Shown here piece after piece: positions 56,583 to 64,000 of a DNA stretch of 64,000 nucleotides. Position numbers and translations under genes: made by a program. The stretch is from Coriobacteriia bacterium (GTDB taxonomy: Bacteria > Actinomycetota > Coriobacteriia > Coriobacteriales > Atopobiaceae): assembly GCA_030530145.1 (NCBI GenBank), contig JAUMVN010000003.1:23037-87036 (forward strand), written 5' to 3'. Below the pieces are notes generated by a model. The model did not search any database and was not told the origin of the DNA. It worked only from the letters and a program-made list of their open reading frames with translations. Every line of letters begins with the position of its first letter. The first letter of the stretch is position 1.

Positions 56583-56657
56583 GCGGGCATCGCCAAGTGG
56601 TAAGGCATCAGCTTCCCAAGCTGACATCCGCGGGTTCGAGTCCCGTTGCCCGCTCCA
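56583..56657 (+). tRNA. tRNA-Gly (anticodon CCC)
   Basis: GCGGGCA acceptor, TCAGC-TT-CCC-AA-GCTGA anticodon arm, TTCGAGT T-loop, CCA; terminator hairpin follows at about 56667-56698. Confidence 0.96.
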
Positions 56658-56858
56658 GAAATGTATGCGCCGGCTTCCTCACGGAGGCCGGCGTTTTTCG
56701 TGCGAGAACCCCTCCAGCCCGAGCTGATTTGCCTGCGCGGCCGCTCTAACGGGCGCCACAACGGGCACGCTCGGCCGGGCATAAGAAAAGGGGCCGCGCC
56801 TCGCAACGCGGCCCCTTTCGGTTTGAAATCGTGCTCAGGACGCCCTTCTTTGCAGCTC

Positions 56859-59771
56859 CTAGCTGCGGCGGATAAGCTCACAGACGGCCTCGGCGACGGC
56901 GACGGCCTGCTCAGGGACCACGTTCTCGGCCACGTCGTCCAGCGTGCGCGAGAGGGCGCGCTTGCCCGAGACGTCGGTGCCCATAACGGTCATCGCGCGC
57001 ATCGACGAGAGCATGGCCGGCGTGGCGTCGGTCGTCGCCCAATCATGCTTGGACATCTCGATCGGGATGTGCAGGTCGTTGGCCACGGAACCCATGATCC
57101 GGAGCATGCGGCGGTCGGCGCGGCGGGTGACCAGCAGCCCCTCATGGGTCAGCAGCGTGAGCTCGCCGGCGGCCACGGAGTCCAGGTTGATGACGAAGGC
57201 GCCGCGGACCTGCTTGCGGTGCTGCGCGAGGAAAGCGCGCATGCCCGCGTGGTCGCAGTCGCTCGCGCCGAGCGCGACGAACCAGATGTCGTGGCTGATA
57301 AGCGCGTCGTCGCCCAGGCCGAGGATCTCGTCGCGGAGGTCGTCCTCGGTCGGCGCCTCGGCCGCGTCGTCGCCGTCGACGACCCTCAGGCCGGCGCGGG
57401 GCGCGGCGCCGCCCTTCCAGCCGCCGTGCTTGGCGCCGGAGCCGTCGGAGGAGCCCTTCTTGCCAAAGAGGCCCTTCAGGCGACCGAGCGCGCCCTCGCC
57501 GTCGTTGGTGCGGGCGTCGGCGCGCTGGAGCTTCGCGAACTCCTCGTCCTCGGCCGAGATCGTGTCCACCTTGGCCTCGACCGGCGCCGAGAAGAGCGTG
57601 CCGGAATCGGAGCTCGTGGGGACGGCGGGCGCGACGTAGCCGTTCGCAGGCTTGCTCGCGGAAGCGTCGGTCTTCTGCGCGTGCGGGTCGGTGCCGAACG
57701 GGTCGTTGCCGGCGGCGGAGGGGTCGGGCAGGTCAAAGAGGGTCGCGCGGCGGGCGACGTTGCCGGCCTGCGGGCGGAAGCTCGTCTTGCCCCACTCCGG
57801 GTCGTCGGGAGCGGCGGGCTTCGGCGCGGGGGCCACAGGAGCGGACGGCATGGTCGCGTCGGGGTCGCCCTCGGCGGTCAGGCCGGAGTTGTCGGGGTTG
57901 AGGAACACGCTGTCCTCGAGGCCGTCGAAATTGACCTTGGAGCCGTTGGGCTCTGGGGCGGGAGCGGCATCGGCGTCAGCGGCCGCACCCTCTGCGAGGA
58001 CCGCCTGCGCGGCCGTCTTCGCGGCGTCCTCCTCGGCAGCCTGCTGAGCAAGAGGCGCCATCGCGGCGGTAGCGGCGACGGGGCGGGCCGCGGTGCGCTC
58101 GGCGGTCGCCTCGAGGGCGGCGTCGGCATCCTCGCCGGCAACGGGGACCTCGCCGGAGGGCTCGTCGCGCGGGCCCTCCTCGTCGAAGGCCTCCACGGCG
58201 TAGCCAGAATCCTCGCCGGCGGCCCCCCCGTCGACGGGGTCGGCGGCCTCGGGGCGGAACGGAATCACGCTGGGAAGAGGTGCCTCGGGCTGCTCGGCAT
58301 CGTCGACCTGCTCGTACTGGGCGTCAGCCACGAGGTCCTCCGGCACGGCGTCGTCGCCGGCGGCGTCGCCCTGGCGGGCCTGCTCGGCGCGCGCCTTGAC
58401 GTCGGCGACCTTCTCGCCGATCTGGTGGCCGGCGACGGAGAGCTTGTCGCCCACGCCGCGCAGGAACGAGAGCGCCTTGGCGGCGAAGTCCTCGCCCTGA
58501 CCGTCGTCCTCGCCGTAGGGCCCCGGCTGATAAGCGATCTGCTCGGCGTCGAGCGCTTCCGCGGCGCCCTCGCCGGGGGCGGCCCAGGCGGGGGCCTCCG
58601 CTGCGGGCGCGGCGGCGGGGGCGGGCTTCTTCACCAGACGCTTCTTCGCAGGCTTGCCCGGGACAGCGACCTTCACGGGCTCAGGCTCGACGTACTCGAC
58701 GTCGCACGCCTCGGAGAGCATGCCGAGGCTCTTTACGATGTCGGCGCCGTGGCGGACGCCCTCGACCTTGCCGCGCTTGTAGACGAACTGCGGCTCGGGC
58801 TCCTCCTCGACCTCCTCCTCGTAGAAGGCGGCCTCGGGCTGGGAGGCGCCGGCGCCCGGGGCGGCGGCGGGCTCGCTGCCCGGCTCGGGCGCGATCTGCG
58901 CGAGCTTGTCGCCCAGGCCGACGTACGGGATCTCGGGCTGCTCGGCCACGCTCTGCGCGGCGGCGGCAGCGGCGGCCTGCTCGGCGGCCTGGTGCATGGC
59001 CTCGACCGCGGCCTCGATGCTCTCGGCGCCGTGGACGCTCTCGAGCCCGGAGGGGCGGACATTCTCGAGCACGCCGAGAAGGGCCGCGACGCCGGACTTG
59101 TTGTCGTTGGCGCCGTCGGTGCAGTTGGAGAAGCGCTCGAGGACGCTCGTCACGCCGAGGACGGCAAGCGGGAGCGCGGCGAGGATGCCGATGATCCACA
59201 GGAATCGGCGGAACGACTCGGGGAGGAACACGAGGACCTGGATGAGCATGCAAACGGCCACGACGGGAACGCAGAACTTGCTGAGCCTCCACATCGTCGG
59301 CACGAACCGCGCCAGCGGCGAGGTGTAGAGCACGTTCTCGTGCGGGGAATCGTAGTGCGCGACGATGACGATGGGGCGGTTGCCCTTGATGACCATGGGG
59401 CCTGTGGCCTCGTGGAACGCGACGACGTTCTGGCTGCGGGTCGTGGGGCCGAGGCCGCTGATGAAGTCGTGGCCCAGGAACTTGAGCACAAAGAGGACCG
59501 CCGGCCCGACGGCGAGCACGAAGCCGATCGCGATGAGGATGGGCACGCCGATGCCGCCCAGGACGATGCCGACGAACATAAGGGCGTACAGGAAGCCCGT
59601 GACGGCGCCGCCATAGGTCTTCGCGTCGAATTCCTCGATGTTGGGCTCGGTATCGTGCTGACGCATGAGGTCGGCGATGGTGTTCGCTGCCTGGAACTCC
59701 TCTTGGCTTCCGGCCGGGCAGATGCCGACCTTCTCGTTGAGGTAGTCCATGTAGTCGTGTGTCATGGCCAT
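56859..59771 (-). CDS. Membrane-bound M28-family peptidase interrupted by a very long acidic low-complexity insertion
   Basis: PAGSQEE, VAHYDS, GANDNKSG in the N-terminal part; FVALGAS, INLDSV in the C-terminal part; about 500 aa of A/E/P/D-rich sequence between them. Confidence 0.78.
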   Translation of the reverse strand: MAMTHDYMDYLNEKVGICPAGSQEEFQAANTIADLMRQHDTEPNIEEFDAKTYGGAVTGFLYALMFVGIVLGGIGVPILIAIGFVLAVGPAVLFVLKFLGHDFISGLGPTTRSQNVVAFHEATGPMVIKGNRPIVIVAHYDSPHENVLYTSPLARFVPTMWRLSKFCVPVVAVCMLIQVLVFLPESFRRFLWIIGILAALPLAVLGVTSVLERFSNCTDGANDNKSGVAALLGVLENVRPSGLESVHGAESIEAAVEAMHQAAEQAAAAAAAQSVAEQPEIPYVGLGDKLAQIAPEPGSEPAAAPGAGASQPEAAFYEEEVEEEPEPQFVYKRGKVEGVRHGADIVKSLGMLSEACDVEYVEPEPVKVAVPGKPAKKRLVKKPAPAAAPAAEAPAWAAPGEGAAEALDAEQIAYQPGPYGEDDGQGEDFAAKALSFLRGVGDKLSVAGHQIGEKVADVKARAEQARQGDAAGDDAVPEDLVADAQYEQVDDAEQPEAPLPSVIPFRPEAADPVDGGAAGEDSGYAVEAFDEEGPRDEPSGEVPVAGEDADAALEATAERTAARPVAATAAMAPLAQQAAEEDAAKTAAQAVLAEGAAADADAAPAPEPNGSKVNFDGLEDSVFLNPDNSGLTAEGDPDATMPSAPVAPAPKPAAPDDPEWGKTSFRPQAGNVARRATLFDLPDPSAAGNDPFGTDPHAQKTDASASKPANGYVAPAVPTSSDSGTLFSAPVEAKVDTISAEDEEFAKLQRADARTNDGEGALGRLKGLFGKKGSSDGSGAKHGGWKGGAAPRAGLRVVDGDDAAEAPTEDDLRDEILGLGDDALISHDIWFVALGASDCDHAGMRAFLAQHRKQVRGAFVINLDSVAAGELTLLTHEGLLVTRRADRRMLRIMGSVANDLHIPIEMSKHDWATTDATPAMLSSMRAMTVMGTDVSGKRALSRTLDDVAENVVPEQAVAVAEAVCELIRRS

Positions 59772-59922
59772 ATGTAGAGTCCTTTTGCGGAGTCAGTACC
59801 TGTGAAGAGCTGTGTGCATACAATCAAAAGAGTATACGTCTAGAGTCCCGTGTTCACTGATTCCGTATCCGTTTGTCGGCGTAATGCCCTTATTTTTAGT
59901 TGAGGCGACGCCGGGGGCACCG

Positions 59923-60951
59923 ATGCGGGCACCGAGCCCGAAAGGTCACGAAGTGGCAAGAAACACACTCGGTCTTTCCGAGGACGAGCGGCGCGCCCAG
60001 CGCGCGTGCGAGCTGGCGGCCTTCTTTATGAACGCCCTGGCGCCCCAACCGACATCGGCCGTCTACGAGCGGTTTTACGCCGAGCTCGAGCCCGCCAACC
60101 AGCGCAAGACCTTCGGGCGCGACCGCGAGCTTCTTGCCAGCCTCGGCGTCGTCATCGTCGACGCGGGCTGGGGCGACGGCGAGAAGGTCTGGCGCGTGGA
60201 CGAGGAGGTCTCCTTTGCGAGCGGCGCCGAGCTCGGCGCGCTCGAGGCCATCGCGCTCGACGTCGCGTGCCAGCCGCTGCTCGAGGACGGCGGCTTCGCG
60301 CACGGCGAGGCCCTGCGCCACGCCCTTGCGAAGATCGACCGGACCTTCGGCGACGCCGATCAGGCGGTCGAGACCAGCGCCCCCGAGCAGGGGCGCGCGG
60401 TGAGGGCGCTTCTCGACTGCGCCCAGCAAGGGCTGGTCGCGGCTGTCGCCTATCGCGACGCGCAGGGGCGCCAGTCCAAGCGAGAGTTCGCCCCCTACGG
60501 GACGTTCTCCTGCCGCAACAAGGGCTATATCGTCGGCGATTTCCTGGACGGGGACGAGGCGGCGCGGCGGACGCTGCGGCTCGACCGCGTGGCGCAGGCA
60601 CGGCCGACCGCCCGGACGTTCCGCGCGCCCGACGATTTCTGCATCGACGACTACCTGCTGCTTCCTTTCCAGATCGGGAAGACGACCTGCCGCGCGAGCT
60701 TCTTCGTGCCCGATGCTCAGGAGGAGGCGCTACGGGCGGCGAGCCTCGGGAAAGGGGATTTTCGCAGGGCGCGCAGCAGCGGCAACGGGGCTGAAGGCGA
60801 CCTCACCTGGACCGTCGAGGTGAGCAGCGTCGGCGACGCCGCATGCTGGGCGGTCGCGCAGGGGATCGTCCCACTCTCGCCGAGCGAGCTCGCCGACGCG
60901 TGGCGAGCGTGCCTGAACTCGAACTTGAAGGGGGTCGCGATCGATGGCTAG
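59923..60951 (+). CDS. WYL-domain transcription factor, PafB-like
   Basis: RKTFGRDRELLASLGV (PafB-type RDK..L..LG), YRDAQG...REFAPYG..GYIVG..RTLRLDRV WYL domain. GTG 59953 is an alternative start. Confidence 0.8.
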   Translation: MRAPSPKGHEVARNTLGLSEDERRAQRACELAAFFMNALAPQPTSAVYERFYAELEPANQRKTFGRDRELLASLGVVIVDAGWGDGEKVWRVDEEVSFASGAELGALEAIALDVACQPLLEDGGFAHGEALRHALAKIDRTFGDADQAVETSAPEQGRAVRALLDCAQQGLVAAVAYRDAQGRQSKREFAPYGTFSCRNKGYIVGDFLDGDEAARRTLRLDRVAQARPTARTFRAPDDFCIDDYLLLPFQIGKTTCRASFFVPDAQEEALRAASLGKGDFRRARSSGNGAEGDLTWTVEVSSVGDAACWAVAQGIVPLSPSELADAWRACLNSNLKGVAIDG

Positions 60952-61876
60952 CAAGAAGAGCGCGCAGGGCAGGCGCGGGGCATCCGAGGTCACCCGCAAC
61001 CTGCTCGACCTCACCTCGGCACTCAGCGAGCCGGGCGACTATGTGAGCGAGGAGGCTATCCGCAAGCGCTTCGGATGCAGCGCCGAGCAGGCGGCCAAGC
61101 TCTACTCCATGCTCGTCAACGTGACCTCCAGCGGCGACGGCATCGTCGCTTATGAGGACGCCGACGGGCTCGCCATCGACCGCGGGGGCGCGGGCGGCCG
61201 CGCGCTCAGGCTCGACGCGACCGAGACGTTTGCGCTGGTCTGCGCCCTGCAGCGACTCGGCATCCCCGAGGGCCATCCGACCCGCGAGAAGCTGCAGGGG
61301 GCGGTGGCCGCCGGAGGCGTGGACAAGGGGCTTCTTTCCCGCGTGCTCGCACAGGCGCCCGACGAGGGGACGGCAACGGCGCTCGGAGCCTGTTCCGAGG
61401 CCATTGCGTCGCGCGCCGACATCGCGTGCGACTACCGCAAGCCCGGAGCGACCGCCGCCGAGGCGCGCGTCGTGCGGCCCGTCTCGCTCACGCAGACGGA
61501 TGGGACCTGGTACCTGAACTGCGTCGACGTGGAGCGCGGCGGAAAGAGGACCTTCCGCCTGGACCGCATGTCCGAGACGCGCTGCGTCCCGCGCGCGGCG
61601 GGCGCGGCAGACGAGGGGCGCGAGGGCGGCCGCATGGTCGAGCTCGTGTTCGCCGACCCGCGGTTCCTCGACCTCTTCGTGTGGCCGGGCCTCAAGTTGG
61701 AGAGCGGCGGCGAGCGGCGCGGGACCATCCCCTACTTCGGCGGCATGTGGCTGCCGCGCCAGATCGCCGGGTGCGGAGGCGCCGTCACGACCGACGACCC
61801 CGAGCTCTGCTCCCTTATCCACTCGTATTTGAACGATTTGGTCGATTTAGGGACGAAGGCTGCGCCTCTCGAATGA
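60944..61876 (+). CDS. WYL-domain protein, PafC-like
   Basis: Overlaps the upstream stop; RVVRPVSL..TWYLNC..RTFRLDRM; C-terminal WLPRQIAGCGG resembling WCX. Confidence 0.82.
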   Translation: MASKKSAQGRRGASEVTRNLLDLTSALSEPGDYVSEEAIRKRFGCSAEQAAKLYSMLVNVTSSGDGIVAYEDADGLAIDRGGAGGRALRLDATETFALVCALQRLGIPEGHPTREKLQGAVAAGGVDKGLLSRVLAQAPDEGTATALGACSEAIASRADIACDYRKPGATAAEARVVRPVSLTQTDGTWYLNCVDVERGGKRTFRLDRMSETRCVPRAAGAADEGREGGRMVELVFADPRFLDLFVWPGLKLESGGERRGTIPYFGGMWLPRQIAGCGGAVTTDDPELCSLIHSYLNDLVDLGTKAAPLE

Positions 61877-61919
61877 GAATTCGTTGCGCGCCGTCCTTTT
61901 GCAACCCTCCGCGGTCCCG

Positions 61920-62075
61920 CGTGCAACTAATCGACGACTTTGCGGCAAACTTTGAGCCTCGAGGGCCTCTAAAAGGGCCTCCGGGGGCTCAATTGAAGCG
62001 ATTTCCCACGGTCTTGGCCCTCTCTAGGGCCCTAATAGCCTGAAACCTGCCGCAAAGTCGTCGATTAGTTGCACG
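61920..62075. repeat. MITE-like element (family H) with a perfect 28-bp inverted repeat
   Basis: CGTGCAACTAATCGACGACTTTGCGGCA (61920-61947) and its exact reverse complement (62048-62075); 100-bp spacer. Confidence 0.88.
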
Positions 62076-62174
62076 GGCTGCACCGGCAACCCCACCCTAA
62101 CCTGTGGTTGCCGCCACGCGGCGGGGAGCTTACCATAAAACCGAAGGTCGGACCCCCAGTCGAAGGAGAAGACT

Positions 62175-62495
62175 ATGGCAGATGCCGAGAACGAGAACCT
62201 GCCCGTGCAGCCGCTGCAGGATGAGGAGCTTGCCGACGTTGCCGGGGGAACCATCGACAGCATCCCCGGCGCGAAGACACCCATTTACGGCACAACCTGG
62301 AGCTATTGCGGGTATTACAACGAGCTCACCTACGAGATCTATTACTATCCCTGCTCGAAGTGCCACACGCCCATGTACACGCAGAAGTTCAATCCCGTGT
62401 GGGTCTGCGACTGCTGCGGGAACAAAGAGTTCAGCCCCGTTGCCGAGGTCTGGACGAAGTCGCGCGAGCAGCTCATCTCAGATGCCCTCTACTAA
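62175..62495 (+). CDS. Small protein with a double-glycine (bacteriocin-type) leader and a Tyr-rich, zinc-ribbon-like core
   Basis: SD AAGGAG; PLQDEELADVAGG leader; core contains CSKC and CDCC; own terminator at about 62535-62568. Confidence 0.7.
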   Translation: MADAENENLPVQPLQDEELADVAGGTIDSIPGAKTPIYGTTWSYCGYYNELTYEIYYYPCSKCHTPMYTQKFNPVWVCDCCGNKEFSPVAEVWTKSREQLISDALY

Positions 62496-62647
62496 GCCCT
62501 TGCCGCTCGAAATAGCTGCATAAGCACAGCAAGAAGGCCGCGCCCCCCAAACAGGAGGCGCGGCCTTATTTGTTGCTCAGGTTGACGTCCGGAAGGTGTG
62601 TCCCCGGATTCGTCAAATGACGACCAGAAGGAACGTCCCCAAACTCG

Positions 62648-64000
62648 TCAGAGGCAGAAGGCGGGGACGACGCCGATCTCGCCGGTGAGGGCGGGGTTGC
62701 GGGCGTAGCCGGGGTAGCCGTCGCTGTTGCGCGGCGCGATGAAGAGGCCTGAGTTCACCGGGTCGGGGCTGCGGGTCCACCAGTTGGCGCAGTCGCCCTG
62801 CACGATCAAGACCTCACCGGGTTCATGCCAAGAAATACCCATGTCGGAGAAGAGCTGGTACTGCGCACCCTCGCTCTGGTAGGTCGAGTAACGGTCGCAG
62901 CTCGAGTCCAGCTCCCCCACGAGCTCCGAGTACGAGGCCACCCAGACCTTGTCCTGCGTCGTCTCCTGCGCACCAGCCGACGAGAAGCTGTTCGTGGTCT
63001 TAGCCACGCTCACGAGCTTGGCCTGCAGCTCCTCGGGCAGCGTCGCGACGAAGTCGCCGTTGAGCCAGCTGCGCAGCGTGGTCGCGCCCCAGTCGGCCCC
63101 CGACCCCGTGTTCATCTCGCGCGTGGCGACCGAGGTGTCGGAGATAAAGGTGATGCCGGCGAGCCCCGAGCCGTCGGCCTTCGCGTCATGGCGGAAGCCG
63201 GCGATGCGCATCCGGACCGTGACGCCGTCGGCCACGAGGGTCTTCGCCTGCGTGCCGTCCAGGCGCCCGTCGGCCGCGCAGAGGTTGTACTTCTTAGCGA
63301 TCTCGAGCCCGGAGGAATCGCTCGCGGCGGCCGAGATCATCTCGGCGATCTGCGAGAGCTCGTCCCACGAGTACTCCTCGACGGTCGAGCGGACCTCAGG
63401 CTCCGTTGACTCGGGCTCGGTCGCCTCGGGCTCCTCGGCGGCCGGTTCCTCGACGGCGGTCTCATCCTGCGACGGCTTGAGGACCGGGTCGGGGGTGTCC
63501 TGCGACCCGCCGAGGGCGTGCGCGAACGCGAAGCCGGCGACGACCGCGACCACCACGATTGCGGCGACGATGGCAACAGCAGGGTTGACCTTCGTGCGGG
63601 AAGAGGAGGCGCTGCGTGCGCGGGCGCCCCTTTCCGCAGCGAAGAAGCCGCTGCTTGCCTGCGCGGCCGCCCCCACAGGCTCCTCATCAAGAAGCGCCGC
63701 GGCGGCCGAGAGGTCGCGCGTGGACGCCTCGCCGAAGTCGTCGTCCGCGGCAGGGGCCGCGCCCTCGTCTTCATCCGCGCCCCACAGCGCCGAGATATCG
63801 TCGGAGCTGGCGGACAGCGGCGCCGGCCCGTCGGCGGGATAGCTCGCCTCGGAGAGCGCGGGGTCGTGCACGGGGGCCGCCACCTGCGTCGCGCCGAGGT
63901 CGGCGGCAAGAAGCGCCTCGTCGACGCATGGCCTCGCGACCTCGCCCGGGATCGCGGAGGTTTCCGCGGAAGGCGCCTCCACCACGGCGTCCTGCGCGGC
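62648..64000 (-). CDS. Membrane-anchored DUF6273-like protein, 5' end outside the window
   Basis: Frame is open to the window edge; acidic low-complexity region, TM helix, then DWGATTLRSWLNGDF..DKVWVASYSEL..WWTRSP..GVVPAFCL. Confidence 0.7.
   Translation of the reverse strand, partial: AAQDAVVEAPSAETSAIPGEVARPCVDEALLAADLGATQVAAPVHDPALSEASYPADGPAPLSASSDDISALWGADEDEGAAPAADDDFGEASTRDLSAAAALLDEEPVGAAAQASSGFFAAERGARARSASSSRTKVNPAVAIVAAIVVVAVVAGFAFAHALGGSQDTPDPVLKPSQDETAVEEPAAEEPEATEPESTEPEVRSTVEEYSWDELSQIAEMISAAASDSSGLEIAKKYNLCAADGRLDGTQAKTLVADGVTVRMRIAGFRHDAKADGSGLAGITFISDTSVATREMNTGSGADWGATTLRSWLNGDFVATLPEELQAKLVSVAKTTNSFSSAGAQETTQDKVWVASYSELVGELDSSCDRYSTYQSEGAQYQLFSDMGISWHEPGEVLIVQGDCANWWTRSPDPVNSGLFIAPRNSDGYPGYARNPALTGEIGVVPAFCL

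Noticed and set aside
62648-64000. Diversity-generating retroelement target
   Set aside because: No reverse transcriptase and no template/variable repeat pair differing at adenines was seen in the window.

Overview
High-GC window from an actinobacterium, most likely a Coriobacteriia member (Atopobiaceae/Coriobacteriaceae-like; inferred from gene content and style, not from a marker search). Core genes: the fhaA-fhaB-pstP-rodA/pbpA(fused)-pknB cell-division signalling cluster, a GalNAc/galactosamine PTS and tagatose pathway, purC, purB, an OmpR/BaeS-like two-component pair, argG, argH, two peptidases, three tRNAs (Arg-CCT, Lys-TTT, Gly-CCC) and a PafB/PafC-like WYL pair. Accessory genes: two HipBA modules, a Fic protein, a Schlafen/AlbA_2-GHKL-wHTH protein, an orphan DUF2442, three sortase-anchored adhesins, two tandem class-3 lipases, a DUF559/Vsr-like nuclease-fold gene and a double-glycine-leader Cys/Tyr-rich peptide. 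The most unusual feature is non-coding. At least eight unrelated families of roughly 40-230 bp palindromic elements lie between genes, and most accessory genes sit next to or between copies of one family. Two candidate systems stand out: (1) a 13-kb co-oriented array of adhesin and toxin cassettes delimited by five direct copies of a ~120-bp CCACCTCG-rich element, integron-like but with no recombinase in view; (2) a nuclease-fold gene wrapped in cognate hairpins between argG and argH, a possible REPtron-like mobiliser that lacks a HUH transposase. All family assignments come from motif recognition by eye; no database search was run.
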